Source: Phoronis australis
Taxonomy: Eukaryota; Animalia; Phoronida
Length of the DNA: 64,000 nucleotides
Direction of reading: 5' to 3'
NCBI GenBank assembly: GCA_002633005.1
Contig: NMRA01000037.1
Location: forward strand, 453,345-517,344
The position numbers and the translations under genes are program-made. The notes beneath the pieces were generated by a model. That model saw nothing but the letters and a program-made list of their open reading frames with translations, searched no databases and was not told the origin of the DNA. Below are positions 25,330-39,200 of this stretch, in pieces (within the stretch, counting starts at the first letter, position 1; each line of letters begins with the position of its first letter).

Positions 25330-25959
25330 GGCCTAGCAACTGATCTCAGCATAACTTTCCTTGACCTTATTGAGGGACATTTTGTGTGGAGGGTGTCTTT
25401 CCCGCATGGACTTTGTGCAATAAAAGCATCAGCTGATCCGATAATAGCCGGCTCAGTTGAACCGGAGAGCTAACTGCTAAATAACCGTAGTAGGCGTAGT
25501 ACAAGTTTAAGCCAAGCAGGTATTTTCAATCGCAATTAATGAATTATGACGACTCGGCGGACAAGACATGGGACAAATGAATACAGTACAGGGACACCGG
25601 GTCTGGAATGAACTTTGACCCACCTTTGGCACTGCCTTCGGAGTGTACTGGTTTCACGTTGCGGTAAAATATGGTTGATCCACCGAGTCTGTTCACTATT
25701 CTAGCATGCTATAGTCAAATTGCTTTCCTAAAACAGTTCCATAAAAAACCTGTCACAGTAACAATTGTAGAGGGCGCTTTATCTCAAAACACGCTGAGAA
25801 TAAACATTATTTTTAAATATTCATCATATCATTTCACAAGTATATTTTAAGAATTTAAAATACCGAAATATAAAAGTTGATTGGAATATAATTAAATGAG
25901 ATTCTTATTTTTTTAAAGATTTTTTTAAAATTTTGCATTGTAAATATTGTGAAAATATG

Positions 25960-26135
25960 TATTAGGCTTACCACGTGACCCTGAACCAGTGCGGTTGGCA
26001 GATGACGTAACACAAGGGAGACTGTACTTTTCAGGGTTTGCCAATCCGTCAGTGGTGGTCACAATTTTTTAGACATTCATGTAATCTCAGAGTTGAAACG
26101 TGTTATTTCATACGCCCATTTATTCATCCGTGAAG
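25960..26135. promoter_or_regulatory. Probable LRRC58 promoter, possibly shared with PEX19
   Basis: E-box CCACGTGAC at 25971-25979 and CRE/ATF-like TGACGTAA at 26003-26010, about 130-165 bp before the LRRC58 ATG. The PEX19 ATG exon is preceded by an acceptor-like ctttttcaag, and a - strand donor (G|gtaagc) lies at 25972. Confidence 0.4.
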
Positions 26136-29100
26136 ATGTGTACCGCGTTTGAAGAGGAGAACTTCGAGGATTTGTCTTATTCCCAACTGGAAACTTTTCC
26201 CGACTTTGGCTATCCAAAATGTCGGGCGTTGACAGCTCTCCATGTCAACCACAATAGCATTCAAGTGTTACCGCGAGCTATAGGCAACTTTCTCAATCTA
26301 GTCAAACTGGATATTAGTAATAACGCAATGACTTACATAAGTGAAGAGATTGTATCTCTCAAGAAGTTAACAACACTCGTTGCCAAAAATAATCATTTTG
26401 ATAACAGCACTTTGCCAAAGGATTTTGGTCTCATGGCCAGCCTACAAGTGGTCAACTTTAGTGGCAATCATTTCACCGAGTTCCCTATGCAGTTTACAGA
26501 GATGTCTCACCTAAAGTGTCTCTATCTTGGTGGTAACAGGATTGAAAATATGCCTCCTGAAGTCCAAAATATGCAACAGTAAGTTTAATTACTTGCCAAA
26601 TGCTGTGGGGCAATCGAGTTCGTTATTTCCCATTCTTGACCCAGTCGAACTTAAATTTCATGGGATATAACCATAGTATTATGACAGTTTTACAAATCTC
26701 GAACATAAGTCAGGTTTTTAATATTTTATAAGAAGTTTCAGTTGATTTCTTACTCGATGAATTGTTGTTGTGCTCTAGTCTTGGCCTCTTAGTTCTTCTT
26801 TACTTTCTATGAGAAGTGAATTGACAGTTTGTTATTCTTCAAGATAATTCTTGGCGAATAAAATGACACGTCTTGAAAAGTCTGCTTTTAGAACCTGATC
26901 TGTGTCAATAATGAACTGTTTTTTCTTTCCGAGCCAAAAATAAATTGAAATACATCATAATTTGAGACCAATTCAAACATTAAGTGGTCTCCCTGGTGGA
27001 AGGAGGGTTTGTTGCCACTTTAAGTAATGCTTGTGACGCCAATGGACAGATATAACGTGCCATATTTTGATAACTAGTTTGATGCTCATTATTCTGTGGA
27101 GAAAGCTGGTTCTCAAAATATGGGCACATCATATCCGACCATTACCCTTTTGACTCCACACTTTTAAAAACCTGAAGCACAAGATGAAGTGTGCCAGTAG
27201 CCACAAAGTTTGAGCTGGAGTCTGCTGAACTGTAACTGACTGGCCTAACTTTATTTCAGTTAGTCACATTGTTTAATGATTTTGCGAAATTCAACTTGAC
27301 ACAGTTACACCTTCTGTGACTTCATGGTGATTGCTGGATATAATTATTGAATTTGTACGCTAGAGTTCTTGGTTTTCAGCTATTAAATGCTAGGGAGTTT
27401 GATATTTTAGATTGATTTTAATTTTAACCGCCATAAATTTCAGATCTCATGACTGTTGGGGTTTGTTTTAGATAAATGTCCATAGTTATTGTTTGGTCTC
27501 ATACTATATTGTTTCATTTCAGGCTAGAAGTCTTCTACATGGGTGGGAACTTCCTGACAGATATCCCAGCAGAGATCGGCAACATGCGAAATTTGACCTC
27601 TCTGATCCTGTCTGACAACCACCTGCAGACATTGCCGCCAACCCTTATCCAGCTACATAAGCTCAAGTCTCTCAGCCTCCATAATAACCAAATCACAACC
27701 CTTCCACCAGAAGTTGTCAGCCTCAACTTGTTGGAGCTTAGTCTACGAAACAATCCTCTCGTAGCAAAGTTTGTGCATGATCTCGTGTTTGAGCCGCCAT
27801 CTTTGCTGGAGCTTGCCGGACGCAGCGCTAAGGCAAATAACTTGCGATATTGTGCTGCAGAGTTGCCTACAAACTTGGTGGAATACCTGAACACGGCGAG
27901 GCGTTGTGTCAACCCAAAGTGTAAAGGTTGGTTCATTTGTTCTGTGCACTGGTTATGTGTTAGCAGGTTTACACAAATGACTTTCAGTTGCGGGAATTGC
28001 TTATGAAAGTAAAAGATTGCTCTAATATTTTATAATTCAGAAGAAGAGTGCGACTGTATAAGGTCTTGTAAGACAGCCGCTAATTCCTGTATACTAGATG
28101 ATGGTTTTGATGTCGCTAAACTCTAATTTCTGATTTTCTCAATTTAGATGTCATAGGCATTATATGGACTTAATTGTGTGCTCTTTCAATCCAAGAACAA
28201 AGTAATTCATTCATATTGTTCAGTTCCAACCAAATCACCCACGACGTTGGTGTGAATGATTCTTAGAAGTGCAAAACGAAAGCAAGTCTGTTGTCAGAGT
28301 AATCTATGCGGTGTCATGTGTCAGGTGACTTGAGATTGCTTTTCTTGGAAGCCATGAGGTACCATTCGGTACAGCTTTACAATAACCACTTCCTGAAATA
28401 CCACAGCGCCCTCTATAATTCGGCGCCACTTACCCACAATTTTGGACACTTGCCGTACAGTTGTATTCATGTCGTGCCAATCAGTATTTAAGATATTTTG
28501 TCATTCACAGCGAGTTGATATGTTGACAGTAAAATTAAGAAAGCTTAAAAAGCTATGTTGGGGTCATACTTGGCCAAAATTTTCCAACAAAACCTCTGGA
28601 TTTAATTTGGAGTAGTGTGACAGTTGTTGTTTTGATAAAACAACACCAAACTTGTTTACCTTCTTAATGCTTTGTTATCTCAGGTCAGGTCAAGGGTTGA
28701 GTCATAATGGGGTCACTGGAGGTCAATTTTGTTTATTGGCATAAGGAACGTCAGCTGGAAAATAAAGAAAGTAAGGGTAAAGAAATAGGGAGATAAGTCC
28801 TTGGGGGCTCTAGTTTTCCGAGTGGTACTACACCATGTAAATAAAATGGAGGACGTCGCCATACTCTTTATTAGTGGTAATTCTTCTGTTAATTTACGAA
28901 TTCCATGTTTACTCTGTGCAAAGTTAAGTATCGCAGGCGTGGAAGTTATCTTGCAGATAGATGATAGCTGGTAAGGGACTGGGGTTTAGGGAATTGTAGT
29001 TGAGGCACGCGGCACACTGGACCTCAAATTCATTTCTGCCATGATAACTTACACTTAGCACCAAATGGATCATGGCTGCAGGAATGGAGTTTGGTCCCCT

Positions 29101-32100
29101 GGAGTTTGGTCCCCCAGTGTTTGGTCCCCTAGAGTTTAGTTCCCAGGAGTTTGGTCCCCCAGTGTTTGGTCCCCTAGAGTTTAGTTCCCTAGAGTTTGGT
29201 CCCCAGGAGTTTGCTCGCCGGTATGCAGTAATTTATGGGTAATAGTCACATTTTGAAAACCAGGTTTCTTTGTTTATTAACAAACTTCAAGCTAGTTCTC
29301 AAAACCTGGAACCCTGAAGTGGCTGTTATCATTTTCGGTGTGTGTGTGAAGTTGAGTTGTGCGAAGTTATTCTGCACTTAAATGATTGCTGTTGAGGGAC
29401 TGGGGTTTAGGGGTTAGCAGTTGGAATTTAGAGGTGTGGCAATGAAATCGTTTCCATGCTCGGTACCTTGGACCGCAAACTTCATTTCTGCCACGACACC
29501 TCACACTTGGCATCAAATTGATATTTATGGGTTTTTTTGTGTTGAACTGTGGTGTTGTGATGGCATCATTCTACAGTTTCCAAAACTTGATTCGAGTTTA
29601 CCAACACTTATTGAGTATCCATAGACTCTATTCACGCGGCGGCCATTAAAATCCAAAGCGAGGCTCACTGTGATAAATAATGCGGAAGTTGACATTGCGC
29701 TAGTTAAATGGCTGGTACTTCGAGTCCAACCTGGATATTAAATTTTAATGATGGGTTGACAATTAACCACAGGGACGTAGAAAATTACATTAGAGAACAA
29801 GTTAAGGCGCCAAAGAGTTGTCTGACGAAAGGGTTTAATTTTTTTGGAAAACTAGGTTTGAAACATGAAAAGTAAATATGACCAAATTGTGGCGATCGTA
29901 GTGTTACGGATTAGGTATTATGCTGAATGGAGGGTTACGTTTTTTCTTGTAAATTGTTGATCAAAATACTTTCTACGCAGACCAGGTCATCTGCTCGTAT
30001 TGTTGACGAGTTGAAGACATATTCGACAGTGGTGTCTGTCATGTGCAATTAGACACATCTGGTTTAATTTGTTGATCAAGAATATTAACATCAAGCATAG
30101 CCTGATCCTATGCACTCACTGGGACTCACAGTTGATTTGTCATTGGTCTGAAAGAATAATTGATGTTATTAAATATATTTTTATTAAAATAAAAAACCAG
30201 GCTCGTAATTGAAAATAAAAATTATTTGACCATCAATGCTTTCTTGGTTGTAATAAATCTTACATCTATTTCATGTGTTAGATATCAATCTGGACCAAGT
30301 TGAATTGTAAAATTAAAACACCTAATTCGTTCGTCCAAAACATAACATCGTTTTNNNNNNNNNNNNNNNNNNNNNNNNNNNNNNNNNNNNNNNNNNNNNN
30401 NNNNNNNNNNNNNNNNNNNNNNNNNNNNNNNNNNNNNNNNNNNNNNNNNNNNNNNNNNNNNNNNNNNNNNNNNNNNNNNNNNNNNNNNNNNNNNNNNNNN
30501 NNNNNNNNNNNNNNNNNNNNNNNNNNNNNNNNNNNNNNNNNNNNNNNNNNNNNNNNNNNNNNNNNNNNNNNNNNNNNNNNNNNNNNNNNNNNNNNNNNNN
30601 NNNNNNNNNNNNNNNNNNNNNNNNNNNNNNNNNNNNNNNNNNNNNNNNNNNNNNNNNNNNNNNNNNNNNNNNNNNNNNNNNNNNNNNNNNNNNNNNNNNN
30701 NNNNNNNNNNNNNNNNNNNNNTTGCTCGCCGGTATGCAGTAATTTATGGGTAATAGTCACATTTTGAAAACCAGGTTTCTTTGTTTATTAACAAACTTCA
30801 AGCTAGTTCTCAAAACCTGGAACCCTGAAGTGGCTGTTATCATTTTCGGTGTGTGTGTGAAGTTGAGTTGTGCGAAGTTATTCTGCACTTAAATGATTGC
30901 TGTTGAGGGACTGACTGGGGTTTAGGGGTTAGCAGTTGGAATTTAGAGGTGCGGCAATGAAATCGTTTCCATTCTCAGTACCTTGGACCGCAAACTTCAT
31001 TTCTGCCACGACACCTCACACTTGGCATCAACTTGATATTTATGTTTTTTTTTTGTGTTGAACTGTGGTGTTGTGATGGCATCATTATACAGTTTCCAAA
31101 ACTTGATTCGAATTTACCAGCACTTATTGAGTATCCCATAGACTCTATTCATGCGGCGGCCATTAAAATCCAAAGCGAGGCTCACTGCGATAAACAATGC
31201 GGAAGTTGACATTGCGCTAGTTAAATGGCTGGTACTTCGAGTCCAACCTGGATATTAAATTTTAAAGATGGGTTGACAATTAACCACAGAGACGTAGAAA
31301 ATTACATTAGAGAACAAGTTAAGGCGCCAAAGAGTTGTCTGACGAAAGGGTTTAATTTTTTTGGAAAACTAGGTTTGAAACATGAAAAGTAAATATGACC
31401 AAATTGCGGCGATCGTAGTGTTACGGATTAGGTATTATGCTGAATGGAGGGTTACGTTTTTTCTTGTAAATTGTTGATCAAAATACTTTCTATGCGGACC
31501 AGGTCATCTGCTCGTATTGTTGACAAGTTGAAGACATATTCGACAGTGGTGTCTGTCATGTGCAATTAGACACATCTGGTTTAATTTGTTGATCAAGAAT
31601 ATTAACATCAAGCATAGCCTGATCCTATGCACTCACTGGGACTAACAGTTGATTTGTCATTGGTCTGAAAGAATAATTGTTGTTATTAAATATATTTTTA
31701 TTAAAATAAAAAACCAGGCTCGTAATTGAAAATAAAAATTATTTGACCATCAATGCTTTCTTGGTTGTAATAAATCTTACGTCTATTTCATGTGTTAGAT
31801 ATCAATCTGGACCAAGTTGAATTGTAAAATTAAAACACCTAATTCGTTCGTCCAAAACATAACATCGTTTTAGAACTCAATTTCAGTTAACTCACCAATC
31901 ATAGTTATCATGTTTCTGCAGGAGCCTCTTTCATCCAAGGGGAACGGTGCCAGTGCCTACTGAGAGGCGATTTTTTCGCCGAGTGAGGGAGGGAACAATC
32001 TACCTCCCGATCACCATCAATAGCACCCCCGCCCTGTTGCAAGCTCTCATAGGCTTTGCCTCACTTTAAAGTAGCCTTTTGTGCTCTTAAAAATTGTCAC

Positions 32101-33271
32101 CTGTGTGGTTACAGGTGATTTGAACTTAGAGAGATTTTTCACTAGGGGAATTTTTATGCCTCGTGGGGGGAATTTCGCGTGATGTTTCAATATGTTTGAG
32201 AGGGGAATAGGGCCGATATTGGGCCCCAAATTTGAGGGATTGGGGGCCCTGTCCTTTTTGGAAAGAAAAATTATAATGTTTCAACCCGTAGCAGGGGCGG
32301 ATCCAGGTTTTTTAGTTAGGGGGGGCAGGGCACAGGAATAAGCAGCATTTCGGCAGATGCGTGCGCCCAGCCTAAACTCTGGGGATGCAGGGGTCTTGAA
32401 TTCTTGGGTTTGCGGACCTGTTGACTAAAAAAAAACCGGTAAATGGGGTTCATTCAGCGCCTATGCGTTGTTTATTCACCCCCTGTTGCGCACGTGTGCT
32501 AGTCAGCAATTGGCACCCGAACTCAAAATGGGGATCTGATACAATTTTAGGGGGGGGGGGCCATGCCCCCCCCCCTAAATCCGTAGTCGTGAAAACACAG
32601 CCTGGTTGGCCCATTCTCCGGTTGTTACTATGATGCTTAACAACTTACAGACATGCAACAAAATATGATCTAACTTTTCGAAAACATTTATAAATTTTAC
32701 ACGGACATATTTTGCTTCGTCGCGGCAACGACCCAACGCTTCCGAATCTCAACGTCTTTAGAGATTGTGAAGCAGACAGTTGCGTGTCCGTATTTTTTCT
32801 AGCTGTTCGCGAAACAACACAGTCTGAAACACAGAACTATGCCGATAAGCTAACAGAGCTATCGTAGCGAGCCTCGTTTTGGAATGCGCCTCCTGTCAGC
32901 GTGAATAGGGTCTATTGCCAGTTGCATTTTCTATCTATTCTCTCCACGACTCCATGACGGAGATGAACTGTTGTTAAATCGGTTTTCAAGCAAATGGATT
33001 GGCTTATAATGCGCGATGACTAACACCCGTTTATGTGAACAGTTATGACTTTTCCATCTGCCTTTCGACAGGTGTGTACTTTACGTCCAAGGTTGAACAG
33101 GTGAAGTTTGTTGACTTCTGTGGCAAGTACCGCCTCCCCCTGATACAGTATCTATGCTCTCCCAGCTGCACTCCTGCTACACCCGTACTGTGTGCTAACA
33201 GTAGTGATTCAGAGTCGGATAACGAGACCAAGGCAGCTGTCAAGCGCATGAAGAAGGTCCTCCTGGGTTAA
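26136..33271 (+). CDS. LRRC58: Leucine-rich repeat-containing protein 58, 348 aa, 3 exons
   Basis: Exons are 26136-26578, 27523-27926 and 33072-33271 (1047 nt, phases consistent). Tandem LxxLxLxxNxL repeats are followed by PPSLLELAGR (BC-box-like), LPTNLVEYL, the Cys-rich CVNPKCKGVYF...VDFCGKYRLPLIQYLCSP, and the terminus MKKVLLG, all characteristic of LRRC58. Confidence 0.93.
27040..27148. mobile_element. Short (about 110 bp) palindromic MITE-like family, representative copy
   Basis: Arms TTTTGAGAACCAGTTT and AAACTGGTTCTCAAAA surround a spacer of about 22 nt. Related copies lie at about 4915-5016, 9915-9997, 22292-22358 and 29236-29330. Confidence 0.7.
29086..29212 (+). repeat. Minisatellite, 15-16-bp unit GAGTTTGGTCCCC(T/A)G, about 8 copies
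   Basis: Directly visible tandem units in LRRC58 intron 2. Confidence 0.85.
29211..31871. repeat. About 1.15-kb near-identical duplication flanking a 367-N gap (probable uncollapsed haplotypes)
   Basis: 29211-30354 matches 30722-31871 with scattered SNPs and small indels. The gap spans 30355-30721. Confidence 0.85.
31138..32915. mobile_element. Non-autonomous DNA transposon of about 1.8 kb with 17-bp TIRs; carries a nested GC-rich MITE-like insert at about 32292-32586
   Basis: Left end ATAGACTCTATTCA(T/C)GC and right end GCGTGAATAGGGTCTAT. The nested insert starts CAGGGGCGGATCCAG and ends in a decayed CCCCCTAAATCCG. No transposase ORF is present. Confidence 0.6.
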
Positions 33272-36200
33272 CGGTCAACACGGTTCATGGGTTAAAGGTC
33301 AACACGGTCCATTTGTTTAAGGTTACACAAGGTGAAGGTCACATTTTACTATTGGTGATTGGAGATCAGTTTATTGAGTTAAAACTATTCACTGGGTTAA
33401 TTTCTTGACTGGGTATGCGCTGTCTTCACACTGGTTGTTGGTATACGATTTGAATTCCGCTTTTGAACCACTGTACGCTAACTCTGATTGTGTTGTACAG
33501 CTGCGTACCTGTCTTTTTAGCTCGAAAAGTCGTGTCGGAAAACCCAATTAGTTGTATATGACAGTCATTTCCAAAAAATTTACATAGTGTGGAGACATTG
33601 CTTTAGACTCAAGTGTGTGATAATGTTTCTAGTCTGTGTTGCTATATATAGGTTATATATTAATAAGTTGTTTATTACGTTACGTTATTTGATTTAATTT
33701 AGTTTACAAAGTTTCTGTATGTTGTGCTCTTGATGTTATGCCGTAGTGCAAAATGCTGTGAATGTAAACATTACAAAAGTCCAGAATTATCGCCATTTTT
33801 CTTGGTATACAAAGAGTATAAGTTTTCCACTCTTGTCCTGCTCTCAAATTAGTCTTCCTATCTTCGCTCCTGTCAACTGCATGCACGTGGTCAAAATTTT
33901 ATGGTTGGTGTTGGGGTGCACACTAAAACCAATATAGCAGTTCTACACGTATTTTTGTGGTAAAAGTCAATTAGGAGGGTGTTGAATATTTTGTCACTGC
34001 CCATCGCAATTTTTGCAACATCAAAAGTGTGTGCTTGCTGCAAGCATCGTCCGCTTCTCTTCCAAAAGTGTAAAATTTGTGCACCGTTGAAAACGGTGAT
34101 TGTTGAGACTGTTCTCGTCGGTTGTTTAATTTGTGACACTGCTTGTGTGAGACTAGCATTCGTTTTAGAAGAACAGGTGTGAAGCACGCAGATGGTCTTC
34201 CTTTCTAAGTATTAATTGATGTGTTGGGAGAAATGTTAAGGTGAAAGTTTAGAGTCAAATCAGTACTCGACACAGGCAAAAATGTGCACTCGAAAATATG
34301 AGTGATGCATATCAGCCATTTGTATAATATTGGTGGCCAAAAGATAATAAACAATAGACATTGGCTTAGTGTCCGTACAAGTTAGTGATACGAGTGAGGT
34401 ATTTTACTTTTTCTACTCTTATTTTCAAGTGGTTACCGTACTGTCTTATGTCGAGCCCTGCAGGTGAAGTAAAACAGTGACGCTCTATAAGGAATGAGTG
34501 AATTCATCCCTTTGTCAATAGTGAGCCTGGTGCTCTGTGAACAACGTCATCTTGATAATACTATACTAATATACCCAGATTTATTTCTATCCAGCCTACA
34601 TGCAATGAATAGCTATCTAATTCAAGAAGAGTGCTTGAAACACAACTATTGAACATAAGATAAAAAGGTCAAGTTGATTTCGCAGAGATCCTGTCATACT
34701 TCACCGACACGAAATTTATTTTTGTGAATCGGAAAATGAAAACTATGGTGGTTTTCTTTTCAATTACTCAAAAAAAAACGGATACTTGGTAAACATTTTG
34801 CGTAGTGGATGTCACACCCATAATAAGTGTATCAGTTTGTTCTACATGTGAAGACCTGAACGCTGCAGCACTGGTCTGGTTCTGGTCTGTGTAATGGTTG
34901 TTGCCAGTCCCCTGTTTTTTTTTTCTTTAAAGTAGGTCTTCATTATTCAAGCTTCTGCAATGTTTTCTATGTTGCATTTTTGTTGATTACTATACGAGTC
35001 AGGGTTCTATAGTGTAAACGGGGTTCTGTAGTGTAAACTGGTATCTCTTATGCACTGTCATTCAACTGACTTGAACACTTGATGGTTAATCAGGCCTCAC
35101 CTGGGGTCCGTTTCATGCAAGTGACCACTTCAAAACTGCTGAATAAACGTTTAGCCAAGCAATTATAAGTGCATCACAGTCTAGGAATAATTCAGAAAAA
35201 TAATTATATGTGTATTCTCAGAGACTGCGCTTTTGCTTCATGTAAGATTTAGGAATTTTCCAGAAATAGATAAATTTCTGTCTTCAGTCTTGATCACTTT
35301 TCATGAAACAGACCTCTGAAATTGCTTTAGAGTTAATTAGTGATACAGTGTTCTGCAATTAATTTCTTTGTTATCACCATTTTTTAATTCTTAATGTCTG
35401 ATGTGAAATTTGAAATTCGTATTGGACTCTGGGTTTGAGCGTTAATTATTGTTAGATTTTTCTGGGTCAGAAATCTCAGGGAAGGAATTGTTCGTTGCCA
35501 GAACAAGCTGATGATTGGCTGTTAGATTGGTCATATTTGTAGCAAGCATTCAGTCGTATCACTACAATACTCAATGCTTGACATTATTCTCTTAGAAAGT
35601 TGAGTCTTTGTTCTGGTACATGTATTTGTCATATTAAAAAGTAACGTTTAAGACTGGTGCGTTGGGACATGTTTTACAAAGCTTAGATTAGAAGCTTGGA
35701 ATTAAAGATCATTAACACGATAAACTTTCCGCAGTTTGGGAAGTATCTGAAATTCAGGACACTGAAATTCAAGCCATCATTTAAAATATTCTTGACCCTG
35801 AAGATTGAGACATGGGTAATTTTGATGTTCATTATATTTCTCAAATGTTGGACACTACATTTTTTATCTACTAAGTCTCAAATAAATCACCAAGAATAGC
35901 TACCAATGCAAAATTTATGGTATTCTTAATTCTTGACTTTGGGACGTCCAAAAACTATTTCTAAAATTTAGTAAAAGGTCCAACCTTGAACAAAACAATT
36001 TAAACTGTCCCCCAAACGGGAATATTTACGATAGTTTTGGCACCTTTGTTTGTGTAAGTGGACAAATTGAATACTGCGAACTAAGTTTGTCTAAATTTCT
36101 GTAATAATCGGGTCTATATACTTAGGTCCAATGAAGTCCTTGAAGCAGGACCTACTGGCAGATTTGTATTTGAAGTCCACGGCTGGTAATGCTGTAATTT

Positions 36201-39200
36201 GTAGCATGTTTTATAACACAGTTGTATAATAATTTTTATTAATTCAGTGAACACACATATCAGGGAATGAGATACTTCCATATGCAGAATTCTCTCGTGA
36301 CATCCTGTTAGTTTTTAAAATTCACAGAAGCAACAACTGCTAAATGGCAGTCAAAACATCAGTGCATTTATTTATTGTGAAGAATTGGTGTCAAGTAATG
36401 GCTTCTCATGTCACTGGCACATTTCAAAATGATTTTTTGAACATGGGATGTGTTGAGGTGAAAACAAAGGTGGTTTAATTGCTGCGATTGGTTACATCGA
36501 ACTTTGGTCACAATCAATGTTTTTGAGACCCTAGAGACTGTCGTAATACAGCAGGACTATTTCACAGCCATCTAGTAACTTAGTTCTGGGTTGTACAAAA
36601 CTTCATCGTTCACTAGCTCATGGTGCAGGGTTCACCATGGCATAACTATTGTTGGCTCTAATGGTTGATATTTTCATCTTGTTGGTAAATTTGTATGATT
36701 TAGATGTTAGAATATGCAACATCTTGCTGTAAATGTTGACATTACATATTAGTTATGTGCCAGTATTATCTCCGGTGAGAAATGTGAACTTATTAACCAA
36801 AGAAGTTATTTTGTGCTTTGTGTAACACGATTTGTGATGTTTTTCAATAACAATCATGTGTCGTAAAAATCTAGTTGATTATAACTACCGGTGGTCAACC
36901 TCTGGTCAACTTGAAGCACCCAGTTTGCTGATTGTGGCCAGAATTCTTTGTTGTGAAGAGAGCTTTCTTTGATAGTTTGATTATAGTGAATTAACCTCAT
37001 TGTTAGATTTGATACACCACTCACATGCGATATTGTTATCGCTTTGTGAATTTGCAAACTAAATATTGTCTTTGGCACATTTTGTTAATCAGTTGTGCCT
37101 AATGATTGCAATCTAGCCTGGTTATTTCTAACCCAACCACCTTTGGAACTCTTGCCACAGTTAAGTATCCAGCTGTTATTAAACCAAGCAGGCATTATGT
37201 ATATTTTGGAAAGTCAATAAATTTGAGATAAATTCAAGATTAGACTATGTATATTACTGTGTTCCATTTAGATTAGATCCCTTTTGGAACCAAAGAACCG
37301 TGGCTTGATGTGGTGGGTGTACAGCCACTTTGCATATCTCACAGACTTGTACTGGTATCGGTACTATTTTTATCGTTTTATTCTACGACAGAGGGTGCAC
37401 CTGGTAGTGATCAAGTACGCGAGATATGGACAAAACGACTGTTAACTTACTGCATTAAGGGACTGTTCTCTGGTTCAAAAAAGGATCTTAAATATTTTCA
37501 ATTCAAGATTAATTATTGATAGAATGAACAACCAAGTTTCCACTAGGCAGTTTATTTGTGATATAGAAAAGTGCGTACCTGATTTACCAAACTGACTTGG
37601 TTGAACATTAGAAAGATAAAACCCCAAATGAACAACTTTGGAGCTCTGAAATATCTACAACTTAATGGGGTTTGTTAACTAACAATGAACCATAACCTTA
37701 TACTTCATAGCAGACATTTTAGGCCACTGTTCTAAACTAGTAAAAGAAACGAGGTTTTGGTGACTTCAATACTTCTCATTTAAGACGACAAAGTAAAAGT
37801 TCAATCTTTTTGTCCCCTAAGTAGATCATTCAACAAAAGAGGGGGTAAAATGCCAAGTCTGGACCTTAATACTCTGACTATACATTGGATCTGTACAAAG
37901 ATTCACAAACAGTTGTGTATGGTAGTAATAATTAATGTTACATGTCCGCCACTAATCTATAATATAATCATCTTACAACTGCCAGCACAACTCTCGCTAG
38001 ACAATCTTGTGCGAGTCGTGCTAGCTCCAGGGGAAATAACTACAATAATTACAACAGTGTTTATTTACAAAGTTATATATGCGAACCCTCATATTAACAA
38101 CAGCCCAACATTTGGGGACACATAACACTTGAATACGCAGAAAACTTAGTAGGAAAACGATTCTGTTGATTGAATCGGAAAAGAACAGCCAATTGATGCA
38201 TCCACAAGTCAACTACGCATCTGTTGCCATTTTGGGCAGAAAGAGTAATCTTAAAAAAACGTGCGTAACGTTAAAATCAGAAAACAACTAGTCCTAATTG
38301 TATGTAAAATAAAATACTGAAGATGACGGTACAACCAAGGCAGACAAAATAAACCTAGAGATGGCTGCATTACTATGTATTAAGTGAGAAACTGCGCACT
38401 ACAGGGTAAATTTGTTTTGATTATACAACTGATGCGAACACCCTGGACATGCGAGGTTACGTTGTGGTCCACTTCGATTCATAAAACGAAGGAAAGAATA
38501 TAACTACAGATCACTGAATCCCACACGTCCATAGTCCCCACTGGACCTAAACTGACGGATGACCAAAAAAATTTGGGAGTAAATTCCCTCTCAGCAAGAT
38601 AGGTCCCACCATCTGGCATAGCAAGAATTGTGACCCAGAATTTTGGACTGACCAGATTGCACTCCGTCTAGAATAAGTAATTTCTGACAAGTCGAGCACA
38701 GACAACGGCATGATTTAAAAGGAAATGACTAAAATCACCATTACAGTAGCAGCTGATGATTCACAAACACAAGGTACTCAGTAAACAAAAATGTGAAATG
38801 TCTACAAATCCCCAAAACAATACAGTCAGTGGTAATACCCACTATCCCAAAGTTAACAATGGACTGCACAAAACACAGTTTTGGCAACCACATCAATATC
38901 AACATTTGGAGCTGTTGCGCACTACTATTTACAAGAAACCTAAGACGCCCTCTTTACATTGAATGCTGCCAATTCAAACGTGGCATCACGAAACAACGAA
39001 CACATAACAATACGCAAGAATTTATCTAAAATTTGATTTTAAAAACTAGACAGTCATTCACCCTCAGGACATTTCTTTCAATAAAATGACACTGCAGTTG
39101 GTCCAAGTAATTCTATGTCGAGGCAGCAACTTGCTAGTGGCCAACAGTAAAACAACATGCTCAGACGCTCCCTGAAATGTGCACTGGTTCAGCATAAACA

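Noticed and set aside
25440-25520. Faint tRNA-Ile-like string (GCTCAGTTG...AGAGC...TGCTAAATAAC)
   Set aside because: There is no B box and no acceptor stem, so a tRNA cannot be supported.
30278-30767. 155-160 aa ORFs on both strands
   Set aside because: They consist almost entirely of the N gap.
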